Source of the DNA: Solirubrobacteraceae bacterium
GTDB lineage: Bacteria > Actinomycetota > Thermoleophilia > Solirubrobacterales > Solirubrobacteraceae
NCBI GenBank assembly: GCA_050015915.1
Contig: JBEKAM010000001.1
Location: 1 to 47,680, forward strand
DNA: 47,680 nt
Direction: 5' to 3'
Positions 8,743 through 18,198 of the stretch are shown in pieces (positions within the stretch are counted from its first letter, which is position 1; each line of letters starts with the position of its first letter). The notes under the pieces were generated by a model, which did no database searches, had not been told where the DNA came from, and was given only the letters and a program-made list of their open reading frames with translations. The translations under genes and the position numbers were made by a program.

Positions 8743-9198
8743 GTGCCGCATTCTCGCCGAAGAGTGACGCTCGCAGCTTGTGCGGTGGCCTGCGTCCCGG
8801 GGCTGTTCGCGACTCTCTTCGTCGCTACCCGCCCAGCGGCCGCCGCCAAGGCGCATAACGCGCGCATCCACTACGCGTGCAGCTCCCCAAATAGCGCGCA
8901 CGTGCCGTGCCACTTCTCGACGCCCAGCGGCAACATCCGCTGCCTGTGGACGCCCAGCCCGAACACGATCGTCTGCGAGCTGCTGGCAACCGGACGGGCC
9001 TACCGTCTGCGGCCGACCGGCAAGGCGAAGGCGGTCGTCGTACACCTCGCGCGCCGCGGCGAAACGCTTCCTCATAGCCAGCAGCTTGTGTTCCCGGAGA
9101 GCCTCTCCTGCCAGGACACGAACACAACGATGACCTGCAACCAGGACGAAGGCTTTGGTGAATTCAAGCTCGCCCCCAAAGGCTCACACAGCTCCTGA
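8743..9198 (+). CDS. Secreted cysteine-rich protein
   Basis: Signal-peptide-like N-terminus; FSTPSGNIRC...C...C...C disulfide-type pattern; start uncertain (8695-8743). Confidence 0.65.
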   Translation: MPHSRRRVTLAACAVACVPGLFATLFVATRPAAAAKAHNARIHYACSSPNSAHVPCHFSTPSGNIRCLWTPSPNTIVCELLATGRAYRLRPTGKAKAVVVHLARRGETLPHSQQLVFPESLSCQDTNTTMTCNQDEGFGEFKLAPKGSHSS

Positions 9199-9268
9199 GA
9201 AGACAACGTAGAGCCACTCGGACGGAGATCTGTGGCGCGGGCGCCGATCATGGCACGAGGCCCCTCGC

Positions 9269-9577
9269 CTAGACGGGGAACCTCCTCGTGTTGCGGTCCA
9301 TCTTGGCATTGGCCGCATCGATCGGATCGATGCCAGCCACATCGCACAGGCGCACCAGGTAGATGAGAATGTCTGCGACCTCTTCTTCAAGTCCGCCCAT
9401 GTACTCCGCCAGATCCTCATCGGCAGTCGCCCACTGAAGGACGGCGACCAGCTCCCCCGCCTCGCCGGCAATCGCAGCTGTGAGGTTCTTTGGCGTGTGG
9501 AAGCGCTCCCACGAGCGTTCGCGTGCGAAGACCCTGAGGCGTGCTCTCAGTGCGTCGAGTGAGTCGCTCTCAGTCAT
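9269..9577 (-). CDS. MazG-like nucleotide pyrophosphohydrolase (dCTP pyrophosphatase-like)
   Basis: FARERSWERFHTPKNL, EAGEL, EEVADILIYL, KMDRNTRRFP; ATG overlaps the stop of the upstream HNH gene. Confidence 0.92.
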   Translation of the reverse strand: MTESDSLDALRARLRVFARERSWERFHTPKNLTAAIAGEAGELVAVLQWATADEDLAEYMGGLEEEVADILIYLVRLCDVAGIDPIDAANAKMDRNTRRFPV

Positions 9578-10524
9578 TGAGCGGCCTTGGCCCGGTGCCA
9601 CGCGAAGTACTGGGCGCTCGAGGTGCTGTACGCCTTGCAGGTCCTGCCGGCCAATCGTCCGACCGCGTGCGCGACGGCGGTTGTGGCGTTCGTCGTCGCG
9701 CGATCGGTCGCGCGAATCGACCCCGCAGTGTCGACGTAGATGTACCCGAGCTCAAACAGATGATCGCATCCCAGGGTGCACGCGGGCATGATGTTGGCTT
9801 CGTCCCGGCGCTCGTGCTCGCTGCATTCGCAGCGCTGCTTGATGTGCGCCGTGCGCAGACAGTCGACCGGTACCGTGTTGCCGCAGAGGGAGCAATCGCC
9901 CGTCGTGGCATTCCCGAAGAGTTTCGCGCGTAGTTTGCGCTGCTCGCGTCGCACACTGGTGAGCACTGTCGCGTCGAGCTCTCCTCCGAGGACCAGAAAG
10001 CCCGGGTCCTCGCTCTCCCCGGCTCTCAGCGCATCGAGCGTAGATAGGAGTGGCGCTCCTTCGAGCACAGGTACTGGAAGTCCTCCGATGTTGGCGGAGT
10101 AGTGCATCGCGTCCATTCCGGCTATTGCGATCCGCTCCGCGGTGATCCCGGTGAGCTGCTCGACCCCTTCGATGCCGAACCGGTGCGGATAGCTCTCATC
10201 CGGCCGGTTTGGCGGCGCCGGCCAAAGTCTGCTCGTGTCGTAGAAGTAGGGGCTGGTGACCCGCCACAGAAACCCTTCTTGGAGGGTCTCACCGGCCCAG
10301 CCGCCACGCTTGACGCGTGGCTGGGGGCCGCCACTGGCGGCTAGAACCTGGTCACCAACCTCGAGTTCCCGCAGTACCTCCAGACCGGTGCGGGATGGCT
10401 CAAGCTGGCTGAGCTGGCGTGTGACTGCTTCCTCTGTCAGACCCCAGCGACCCTCAGCGAGACCAATATCGAGGTTCCCCCGAGCTGCGCGCGAGAGGTA
10501 GAGCGCATAAAGGGTGCTTGGCAT
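9574..10524 (-). CDS. EVE/PUA-like domain plus HNH endonuclease (putative modification-dependent nuclease)
   Basis: N-terminus: GRWG...LEVGDQVL...RVTSPYFYDTSRLWP...ESYPHRF; C-terminus: CSLCG...AHIK...NIMPACTLGCDHLFELG; GAGGAG RBS. Confidence 0.8.
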   Translation of the reverse strand: MPSTLYALYLSRAARGNLDIGLAEGRWGLTEEAVTRQLSQLEPSRTGLEVLRELEVGDQVLAASGGPQPRVKRGGWAGETLQEGFLWRVTSPYFYDTSRLWPAPPNRPDESYPHRFGIEGVEQLTGITAERIAIAGMDAMHYSANIGGLPVPVLEGAPLLSTLDALRAGESEDPGFLVLGGELDATVLTSVRREQRKLRAKLFGNATTGDCSLCGNTVPVDCLRTAHIKQRCECSEHERRDEANIMPACTLGCDHLFELGYIYVDTAGSIRATDRATTNATTAVAHAVGRLAGRTCKAYSTSSAQYFAWHRAKAAQ

Positions 10525-10614
10525 GTCGTTGCTCCTCGTTCGGAGGTGACTTGGTATCGGTTGCCGCGGCTAACGGGATCCGACGCCGTAAGCGTATTCG
10601 CTCGCCCGGTCTGC

Positions 10615-12111
10615 TCAGACAGCCATCGCGACGTACTTGGTCTCCAGGTACTCGCCGATACCCTCGAAGCCGCCCTCGCGACCAAAGCCTGACTGCTTGA
10701 CGCCGCCGAACGGCGCGGCGGGATTGGAGACGACGCCCTGGTTGAGGCCGATCATGCCCGACTCGATGCCCTCGCACACGCGAAACGCGCGGGAGAGGTC
10801 TTGGGTGTAGACGTAGGCGACGAGCCCGTACTCGGTGCGGTTGGCCGCTGCCAGCGCCTGCTCCTCGGAGCTGAACGTGGCGATGGGGGCGACGGGCCCG
10901 AAGATCTCCTCGCTGAGCAGCCGTGCGTCGTCGGGCACGTCGGTGAGAACGGTTGGCTCGAAGAAGTAGCCGGGGTAGCCGGACCCCGACAGGGCGCTAC
11001 CGCCGATCAGTGCGTGCGCACCGCGCTGCGTGGCGTCATTGACGAGCTCTGAGACCTTTTCGCGCTGGGCTTCGTCGATCAGCGGACCGACGTCGACATC
11101 GGGCTGGGTGCCGCGACCGACCTTCAGCGCACCCATCTTCTCGGACAGCCGCCGCGCGAACGCAGCAGCTACGGCCTCGTGCACGTGGAAGCGGTTGGCG
11201 GCGGTGCACGCCTCGCCGACGTTGCGCATCTTGGCGAGCATCGCGCCTTCCACGGCAGCGTCGAGGTCGGCGTCCTCGAACACGAGGAACGGAGCGTTGC
11301 CACCCAGCTCCATGGATACGCGGAGGATCTGCTGCGCGGACTGTTCGATCAGCGAGCGCCCAACCTCGGTGGAGCCGGTGAAGGACAGCTTGCGCGTGCG
11401 CTCGTCCTTCAGCAGCGGTCCGATGACATCGCCAGCGCGCTTGGCGCTGATGACGTTGAGCACGCCGTCGGGCAAGCCCGCTTCCTGGAGGATCTTGGCG
11501 AGCGCGAACATCGACAGGGGCGTCTGCTTGGCGGGCTTTACGACCATCGTGCAGCCGGCTGCGATCGCGGGGGCGATCTTGCGGGTACCCATGGCGGTGG
11601 GGAAGTTCCATGGCGTGACGAACACGCACGGGCCCACCGGCTGGCGCATGGTGAGGATGCGGCCTTTGCCTGTGGTGTTGACCATGTAGCGGCCGTGTAT
11701 GCGAACGGCCTCCTCGGAGAACCAGCGGAAGAACTCAGCCGCGTAGGAGATCTCCGCGCGCGACTCGGCGACTGACTTGCCCATCTCGAGGGTCATCAGC
11801 AGCGCGAGGTCGTCGGTTTTCTCCACGATCGCCTCATACGCGCGGCGCAGGATCTCGCCACGCTCGCGTGGCGGATGGACGGCCCACTGCGCCTGCGCGT
11901 CGGCTGCCGCCGCGAGCGCAGCCAACGCATCCTGCGCCTGAGCGTCGGCGACCTCAACGAGCGGCTCGGTGGTCGCTGGATCCTCGACCGCGAGGGTGCC
12001 GCCGCCGCTGGCAGCGCGCCACTGACCGGCGATGAACAGGTCGGTGGGAACCCAGTCGAGCACATCGCGCTCGCGCTGGGAAAGGGTGGATGTGCCAGCA
12101 GCGCTCACCAT
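10615..12111 (-). CDS. gabD: NAD(P)-dependent succinate-semialdehyde dehydrogenase
   Basis: TPWNFP, FTGST, ELGGNAP, NVGEAC, EEIFGP, PFGGVKQSGFGREG; start may be GTG 12108. Confidence 0.9.
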   Translation of the reverse strand: MVSAAGTSTLSQRERDVLDWVPTDLFIAGQWRAASGGGTLAVEDPATTEPLVEVADAQAQDALAALAAAADAQAQWAVHPPRERGEILRRAYEAIVEKTDDLALLMTLEMGKSVAESRAEISYAAEFFRWFSEEAVRIHGRYMVNTTGKGRILTMRQPVGPCVFVTPWNFPTAMGTRKIAPAIAAGCTMVVKPAKQTPLSMFALAKILQEAGLPDGVLNVISAKRAGDVIGPLLKDERTRKLSFTGSTEVGRSLIEQSAQQILRVSMELGGNAPFLVFEDADLDAAVEGAMLAKMRNVGEACTAANRFHVHEAVAAAFARRLSEKMGALKVGRGTQPDVDVGPLIDEAQREKVSELVNDATQRGAHALIGGSALSGSGYPGYFFEPTVLTDVPDDARLLSEEIFGPVAPIATFSSEEQALAAANRTEYGLVAYVYTQDLSRAFRVCEGIESGMIGLNQGVVSNPAAPFGGVKQSGFGREGGFEGIGEYLETKYVAMAV

Positions 12112-12257
12112 CTCAACCTACCACCGCTCAGCCCTACGCAAACGCCAGCGATCCTGCAGCGCTCAGGCCTTTTTGGCGTACACCCGACGGGGTTTCCATG
12201 GATCTCTCGTCCATGGAGCGCGACCGTGGGTTCGCAGCTGTGTTGCTGCGGGCATTG

Positions 12258-13388
12258 ATGTGTAGCTTCTGCTCGATCAGGCGCTGCCGAGTCGCCCCCG
12301 CACCTCGCTGCTTTCGCGCCGCGCGCCTCGCGGTCGGCGGTCTTCGCCGGGCAACTCAAGCGCTTGTGCCTGCGCTTGCGGGCCTGGCGCTGTCGGCTAC
12401 ACCTGCAGCAGCCTCGACGCTGGTAATCGAAGGTGCGGGCGATGGTCATGGCGTAGGCATGAGCCAGAACGGTGCGCTCGGCTACGCGCAGCATGGCTGG
12501 ACGGACACTGCGATCCTGGCGCACTACTACACGGGCACCACGCTGGGACAAGCGCCGGCAGGCTCGGTGATCAAGGTGCTGGAGGGCTCGAAGGTGGTGA
12601 AGGTGCCGCTGGAACGGTACGTGCGCGGGGTGGTCTCCGCCGAGATGCCGTCGAACTGGCCGCTGGCAGCGCTTGAGGCACAGGCGATCGCCAGCCGTAC
12701 CTACGCGCTGACGTCCGACGCAGGCGGCTCCAGGTTCGACGTGTACTCGGACACCCGTTCACAGGTTTATGAGAGCCCGCCCACCCCGACAGCTGAAACG
12801 GCGACCACAAACGCAGCTGTGGCTGCGACGACAGGGCAGATCGTTGAGTACGAGGGTAAGCCGGCGATCACGTATTACTTCGCGAGCTCAGGAGGGATGA
12901 CGGAGGACATCCAGAACTCGTTCCTCGGCTCGACACCAGAGCCATGGCTGCAGGGCGTGCCGGACGCGTACGAAACAACATCCTCCAGCTGGAAATACAG
13001 CATCAGCTTCGCCACCGCGGCAGCGCGACTGAGCGGTCTTGTGAAGGGAAGCTTCCGCGGCATCGAGGTGCTCAAGCGGGGGGTCTCGCCGCGGATCGTC
13101 GCTGCTGAGATATTGGGCTCGCGCGGCGACAGCCACGTGAGCGGCCCGGAACTGGCGGCGCGGCTGGGACTGACGAGCACGTGGGCGTACTTCAGCGTAA
13201 AGAGCGGCGCGCGCGTCACGCCCGAGCCGGACGTGAGCGGGCAGGCGCCGTTCACCGCCCCGCCGGCAGAAAGCCCTCCGGCCACCCCGCCAGCGCCAAC
13301 ACCAACGCCACAAGGCGGCAGCCAAGCACCGACGGCTGCAGCGAGCATCGCCTCGACGGCGGGCACCGGCGGCGTCGCGGCCGAATAG
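12258..13388 (+). CDS. SpoIID/LytB domain protein
   Basis: GHGVGMSQNGA, ILAHYY, LERYVRGVVSAEMP, ALEAQAIASRTYA; start uncertain. Confidence 0.88.
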   Translation: MCSFCSIRRCRVAPAPRCFRAARLAVGGLRRATQALVPALAGLALSATPAAASTLVIEGAGDGHGVGMSQNGALGYAQHGWTDTAILAHYYTGTTLGQAPAGSVIKVLEGSKVVKVPLERYVRGVVSAEMPSNWPLAALEAQAIASRTYALTSDAGGSRFDVYSDTRSQVYESPPTPTAETATTNAAVAATTGQIVEYEGKPAITYYFASSGGMTEDIQNSFLGSTPEPWLQGVPDAYETTSSSWKYSISFATAAARLSGLVKGSFRGIEVLKRGVSPRIVAAEILGSRGDSHVSGPELAARLGLTSTWAYFSVKSGARVTPEPDVSGQAPFTAPPAESPPATPPAPTPTPQGGSQAPTAAASIASTAGTGGVAAE

Positions 13389-13480
13389 CCACCGGGCAGC
13401 CGCCACGGAATGCTTCGGGCAGCGTCCAGCCGATCGCGTAAGAGCTCGTGAAGTGGCCTGGCGTGCCGATAACTAAAGGT

Positions 13481-13919
13481 ATGAGCCCTCGCTCGCTCGT
13501 TGCCGCGCTCGCATCTGCTGGCGCATTGATGGCACCGGCAGCGCTGGTAGCGCCGGCAAGCGCATCCGCCGAGCGCTCGGTGGGCACCCCGGGACAGATC
13601 GCATGGGTGCGCAGCGCAGCTACCAGGTTCGTGACAGCAGAGCTCACAGGCAGCGGTGCGAACGCGTGCGCGGTGCTTGAACGCGCCGCTGCGCACGACA
13701 GAGCACGGCCACACGTGTGCCCAGCGCTGGAACGCACGGATCGCAAGGCTGCTGCGCGAACCAGACGGCCGGGCTGGTCTGCGGGAGCAGAAGCATGCGA
13801 TCGCCACAGCTGCGGTGGTGGTGCACGGGAACGTCGCCTCGATCGACCTGCAAACACCGCTGATGGGCGGTGCGAATCGCTTTGTGTGGAGCGAAAACTG
13901 CTGGATGCTGGCGAACTGA
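13481..13919 (+). pseudogene. Secreted hypothetical protein broken by a 1-nt insertion (or a sequencing error)
   Basis: Signal peptide and ACAVL in one frame, NAPLR...TCAQRW...CWMLAN in the next; removing one T at 13677-13678 gives a 145-aa ORF. Confidence 0.65.
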
Positions 13920-13957
13920 CCGCGCCTGCCGCGGTCGCCTGATCCATACTTCGCCCA

Positions 13958-14860
13958 GTGCCCGCCCCGCTGCTGATCGCGGATGTCCCGTGGCTGCTCT
14001 ACCGGTCGTACTTCGCGCTGCCCAAATCGATCGTTGGCACGAACGGGCAGCCGGTGAACGCACTGCTGGGCACGGTGAACGCGATTTTGACTTTTTATGG
14101 AGAGGTGGATGGCGTAGTGGCCTGCATGGGCGCAGAGCAGGCGGACTACCGCGTGCGGCTGTACCCGCCGTATCACGCACACCGCGATCCGATGCCGCCG
14201 GAGCTGAGGACGCAATGGGAGCAGGCGCCGTCACTGCTGCAAAGCCTTGGCTGGACGTATGCGACGAGCGACGATCTGGAGGCCGACGACGTGATGTTCT
14301 CTTATGCACTCGTGGAGGAGGAGCGAGGTGGGCAGGCGTTGCTGCTGACGGGTGACCGCGACCTGTATGGGGCGGTCACCGAGCGGGTGGCAGTGGCGGA
14401 GCTGCTGAAGGGCGGAGCGCACGGAGAGATCGGCCCGGTCGAGGTACACGAGCGCTACGGCGTGGAGCCCGCGCAGGTACCCGACTTCATCGCGCTGCGC
14501 GGCGACCCCTCCGACGGCCTCCCCGGCGCCCCAGGCATCGGCGCAAAGACAGCAGCAGAGCTTCTACGCAAGCACGGAACGCTCGAGGCGCTGCTGAGCG
14601 CAGCGGGTGCGGACGCAAGTGCCGAGGACGCCGATGCTGCGGCGGTCAGAGCGAGCAAGCTCATGCGCCCGCGCGTTGCTGCTGCGCTGCGGGATAACGC
14701 AGAGCTCCTACGCAAGTTCAAGCAAATCGCCACCCTGCAGCGAATCGAAGTGGCGCCGCCGAAGGACCGCACGACCGACTTCGCCGGCGGCACACACATG
14801 GCGGGCGAGCTGGGCATGCGGCGTCTGGCCGAGCGGCTGGAGCAGCTCTCTAAGGCGTGA
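13958..14860 (+). CDS. Stand-alone 5'-3' exonuclease / flap endonuclease (PolA N-terminal-like)
   Basis: LLYRSYFA, EADD, TGDRDL, LRGDPSDGLPGAPGIGAKTA. Confidence 0.9.
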   Translation: MPAPLLIADVPWLLYRSYFALPKSIVGTNGQPVNALLGTVNAILTFYGEVDGVVACMGAEQADYRVRLYPPYHAHRDPMPPELRTQWEQAPSLLQSLGWTYATSDDLEADDVMFSYALVEEERGGQALLLTGDRDLYGAVTERVAVAELLKGGAHGEIGPVEVHERYGVEPAQVPDFIALRGDPSDGLPGAPGIGAKTAAELLRKHGTLEALLSAAGADASAEDADAAAVRASKLMRPRVAAALRDNAELLRKFKQIATLQRIEVAPPKDRTTDFAGGTHMAGELGMRRLAERLEQLSKA

Positions 14861-15935
14861 ACTTCACCGTGATTACGTCCCCATCGTTCATCACGTAATC
14901 GCGACCCTCCAGCCGCAGCGTGCCGCGTTCGCGCGCGCCTGCATAGCCGCCCGCATCGACCAGCTCTTTCCAGCCGATCACCTCAGCGCGCACGAAGCCC
15001 TTCTGGATGTCCGAGTGGATCTCGCCGGCGGCGTGCCACGCGGTGAGACCGCGGCGCAGGTGCCACGACTGCGCAATCGTCGCCTCGCCCGCAGTGAAGA
15101 ACGAAATCAGCTCGAGCAGCGCAAACGCCTCACGCACCACGCGCTGCAGGCCAGACTCGCTGACGCCTAGCTCCTCGCGCATCGCCGCTGCGTCCTCGTC
15201 GTCGAGCTCCGCCAGCTCCGACTCGATCCGTGAGGACACGGCCACAGCACGCGCGCCCTGCGCGGCCGCGTGCTCGGCCACCGCCGCCGGCACCTCATCT
15301 GAGCCCTCATCCACGTTCGCCACGAACAGCACCGGCTTGCTCGTCAACGAGCCCAGGTCACGCGCGGCGTTGGGTGCGTCATCAGGCACCGGCACGGTGC
15401 GCGCTGGACGACCTTCCTGCAAAGCCGCGATCACCTCGCGTAGCCACGCCTCCTCCGCGACAGCAACACGATCGCCCCCCCGCGCCTGTTTGCCGACTTT
15501 GTCCACGCGGCGTTCAGCAGCGTCGAGGTCCGCCATCACCAACTCCGTCTCAATCGTCTCAATATCGGCCAGCGGGTCCACGCGACCCTCCGGGTGGATC
15601 ACGTTTTCGTCGTTATGCGCCCGCACCACATGCACGATCGCGTGGGTCTCGCGGATGTTCGCCAGGAATTTGTTGCCCAGCCCCTCCCCCTCGTGCGCCC
15701 CCGCCACGAGGCCCGCGATGTCGTGGAAGTCGACCGTGTCCCACACGATCTCCGACGCGCCAACCGTCTTTGCCACCTCCTCCATGCGCTCGTCGCGCAC
15801 CGGCACAACCGCCACGTTCGGCTCGATCGTCGTGAACGGGTAGTTCGCCGCCTCCGCCCCCGCTTTCGTCAGCGCGTTGAACAGCGACGACTTGCCCGCG
15901 TTGGGCATCCCCACGATTCCTATGCGCGTGCTCAC
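14850..15935 (-). CDS. ychF: Redox-regulated ribosome-binding ATPase YchF
   Basis: GMPNAGKS, ANYPFTTIEPN, DIAGLV, GLGNKFL, FFTAG, AGEIHSD. Confidence 0.96.
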   Translation of the reverse strand: MSTRIGIVGMPNAGKSSLFNALTKAGAEAANYPFTTIEPNVAVVPVRDERMEEVAKTVGASEIVWDTVDFHDIAGLVAGAHEGEGLGNKFLANIRETHAIVHVVRAHNDENVIHPEGRVDPLADIETIETELVMADLDAAERRVDKVGKQARGGDRVAVAEEAWLREVIAALQEGRPARTVPVPDDAPNAARDLGSLTSKPVLFVANVDEGSDEVPAAVAEHAAAQGARAVAVSSRIESELAELDDEDAAAMREELGVSESGLQRVVREAFALLELISFFTAGEATIAQSWHLRRGLTAWHAAGEIHSDIQKGFVRAEVIGWKELVDAGGYAGARERGTLRLEGRDYVMNDGDVITVKFTP

Positions 15936-16438
15936 CGTTCCGCCTCCATTTCGAGAATGCCCTCCTCAGCCAGCCATGTGGCACAGCGGTCTACATAGCG
16001 ATCGAGCTCGGCCAGGAGGATCTGCACACTCTCGCGCAAAGCCTTCCAACCCGCTGGCGGATAGGCATGCGCCAGATCGTCGCGCAACTCCTTCGCCTCC
16101 TGCAGGCGTGTTGCCGAACGCTGCGAGATTACCTCCAACGCGGCAAGTCGCTCCCAGGGATGGCCGGCTTCCTTCTCAAGCACACCGAGGCGCTGCCCCT
16201 CTGCGAGTGCCCGCGCGGCAAGCTCGTGCAGCCAGTTCAAAAGCACCTCGTACTCGCGCTCGACCACAGCTACCTTGTTGCGCTCTCGCGCGTCCGGTGA
16301 GCTCGCCGCACGAAGAAAAGCATCGAGATCGAACTCCGGGTCGAACTCTTCCACGGCGACTAGCAGTTGCTCGCGCGCACGAGGAATGGACTCGAAGATC
16401 GTGTTCAGCCGTCGCTGTCCCTTTGACAGTGCAGGCAT
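15932..16438 (-). CDS. HEPN (HepT-like) ribonuclease toxin
   Basis: Helical protein with the RDDLAHAY (RX4HXY) motif, directly downstream of an MNT gene. Confidence 0.72.
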   Translation of the reverse strand: MPALSKGQRRLNTIFESIPRAREQLLVAVEEFDPEFDLDAFLRAASSPDARERNKVAVVEREYEVLLNWLHELAARALAEGQRLGVLEKEAGHPWERLAALEVISQRSATRLQEAKELRDDLAHAYPPAGWKALRESVQILLAELDRYVDRCATWLAEEGILEMEAER

Positions 16439-16440
16439 GA

Positions 16441-17010
16441 CTAGGCGGCTGCCGCGATCCGCTCCCGTGCGGCCACAACCGTCTCGTGCGCGCGCTGCGC
16501 AACCTCGCGCTCTTCGCGATCGGCAGCCGCGAATATCTCGCGCCGACGCTTTTGCAACCCGTCCCACAATCCGCCTCGATCGACCAGCACCCGGCCCTCG
16601 CGCAGGATGTCAGCCAATAGCGTTGGCATCGTCTCCGCCTGTTCGAGGTCGACTACATCCACCGGACGTCCAAGCGCGCGTCGCAGGCGCATCTGCAGCC
16701 TGGCCAGAGAGCGCGGCCCCTCCCCGTCATGCACGACGAGGAGATCGACATCGGAGGAATCCTGATCCTCGCCGGTCGCGATCGACCCGAACAACACCAC
16801 CATGCGAGCTGCTCGCTCAGTGCGCAGCGCCGTCCTGAGCTTGCTGAGTAGCTCCCAGTGAGCAGCCAGATACTCCTCCTCCTCGCATGACAGCTCCAGC
16901 CGGCGCCGTGCTACCCGACGACCACGCAACAAGCCGTCGTTTACGCAGCGCCGCAGCGTGCGCTCACTACAACCAACCTTCTCTGCCGACAGCGACAGGG
17001 CTTGACTCAT
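16441..17010 (-). CDS. Minimal nucleotidyltransferase (MntA-like antitoxin) with an N-terminal HTH
   Basis: LFGSIATGEDQDSSDVDLLV and RPVDVV; N-terminal SAEKVGCSERTLRRCVNDGLL is HTH-like. Confidence 0.85.
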   Translation of the reverse strand: MSQALSLSAEKVGCSERTLRRCVNDGLLRGRRVARRRLELSCEEEEYLAAHWELLSKLRTALRTERAARMVVLFGSIATGEDQDSSDVDLLVVHDGEGPRSLARLQMRLRRALGRPVDVVDLEQAETMPTLLADILREGRVLVDRGGLWDGLQKRRREIFAAADREEREVAQRAHETVVAARERIAAAA

Positions 17011-17516
17011 GCGTCCAGTATATGTGCTGGTGTGTCCAAGTTGCGTCGCCCCACCAGCGTTCCGAGTATCGCCCCGGCCACCACATCCGACGGGTAGTGA
17101 ACACCCAGGTACAGCCGCGACAGCGCCAGCCCTGTGGCCAACGCGTAAAGCGGCGGGGCCGGCACGCCAAGGCGTGAATAGAGGCCAGCGCCGGCGAAAG
17201 CCGTCGAGGCGTGCGCGCTCGGGAAGCTCAAAGCCGTGGGGGTACCGGTCAGCGCCGGGAGATCACGCAGTTCGGGCCGGCGGCGACCCACCACCTGCTT
17301 GATCGCCGTATTGAGCGCGTACACGCCCGCCACCGTGACCGTCGCCCGACGCCACTCGCTCCTGCGCTCCGCGTCCAGCACACCGCCAGCGACCCCAATC
17401 GCGAGCCAGACACCCGCATGCTCTCCCAGCTTCGAGAACCGCGCCACAGCACGCTCAGCCGCTGGCGTGTGCCCACACGTGCGCGCGACGCGCAGCAGCC
17501 GCTCGTCCAGATTCAA
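17007..17516 (-). CDS. PAP2 family phosphatase
   Basis: KQVVGRRRP, SFPSAH, SRLYLGVHYPSDV. Confidence 0.92.
   Translation of the reverse strand: MNLDERLLRVARTCGHTPAAERAVARFSKLGEHAGVWLAIGVAGGVLDAERRSEWRRATVTVAGVYALNTAIKQVVGRRRPELRDLPALTGTPTALSFPSAHASTAFAGAGLYSRLGVPAPPLYALATGLALSRLYLGVHYPSDVVAGAILGTLVGRRNLDTPAHILDA
17017..17022 (-). promoter_or_regulatory. -10 element for a leaderless MNT-HEPN transcript
   Basis: TATACT 6 nt upstream of ATG 17010, inside the 3' end of the PAP2 gene. Confidence 0.55.
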
Positions 17517-17522
17517 CGGCGT

Positions 17523-17738
17523 CTAGCCAAAGCCAACGCGAGGCTCATCACTGTCAGCGCTGACATACACGACCTGGCCCAGATCCACACGCACCGGCCC
17601 GTCCTCGCTCTCCAGCTCGTGCCAGCCGATGCCGCCGAGCGATTTGTTGAGGTCCTCCAGCTGCTTGTCGCTGACACGCAGTGCCAACACCTGTCCTCCT
17701 TGAAAGCCAAGCGTCACACGTCGTGCTCCCGATGCCAT
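17523..17738 (-). CDS. Small hypothetical protein (DUF3107-like)
   Basis: 71 aa, coupled to mce, ends VVYV...RVGFG. Confidence 0.7.
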   Translation of the reverse strand: MASGARRVTLGFQGGQVLALRVSDKQLEDLNKSLGGIGWHELESEDGPVRVDLGQVVYVSADSDEPRVGFG

Positions 17739-18157
17739 CAGTGATCCTCCAATCCGGCCGCCGGCTGAACGATCTCCGTCAGCACACCTACCGTTGCCCG
17801 CGGGTGCATAAACGCCACACGCGACCCACGGATGCCGGTGCGCGGCTGCTCGTCGATCAGCTGCAGGCCCGCCCGCTTGAGCGCCTCGAGCGTGGCGTCA
17901 ATGTCGCTCACCTGGTAGGCCACGTGATGCAACCCCGGCCCCTTGGCCGCGAGGAACTTGCCAACCGGCGTGTCCGGGCCGAGTGGCGCCAGCAGCTCCA
18001 CATGGTTCTCGCCCACATCCAGCAGCACCGCCTCCACGCCCTGCTCCTCCACGACCTCGCGATGAGCCACCGTCAGCTCGAAGCTGTCGCGGTAGAGCTC
18101 CAGCGCAGGTTCGATCTCCTCCACGGCAACACCAATATGGTCGATGCGGCTGAACAT
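17738..18157 (-). CDS. mce: Methylmalonyl-CoA epimerase
   Basis: IDHIGVAV, VELLAP, GPGLHHVAY, FMHP...GVLTEIVQ. Confidence 0.92.
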   Translation of the reverse strand: MFSRIDHIGVAVEEIEPALELYRDSFELTVAHREVVEEQGVEAVLLDVGENHVELLAPLGPDTPVGKFLAAKGPGLHHVAYQVSDIDATLEALKRAGLQLIDEQPRTGIRGSRVAFMHPRATVGVLTEIVQPAAGLEDH

Positions 18158-18198
18158 GAGCCGCAGTCTATCGGCGGCCGGGGCAGCGACTCAGGACG

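Noticed and set aside
13677-13680. Programmed +1 frameshift of the prfB type
   Set aside because: No in-frame stop at the shift site and no upstream SD-like stimulator
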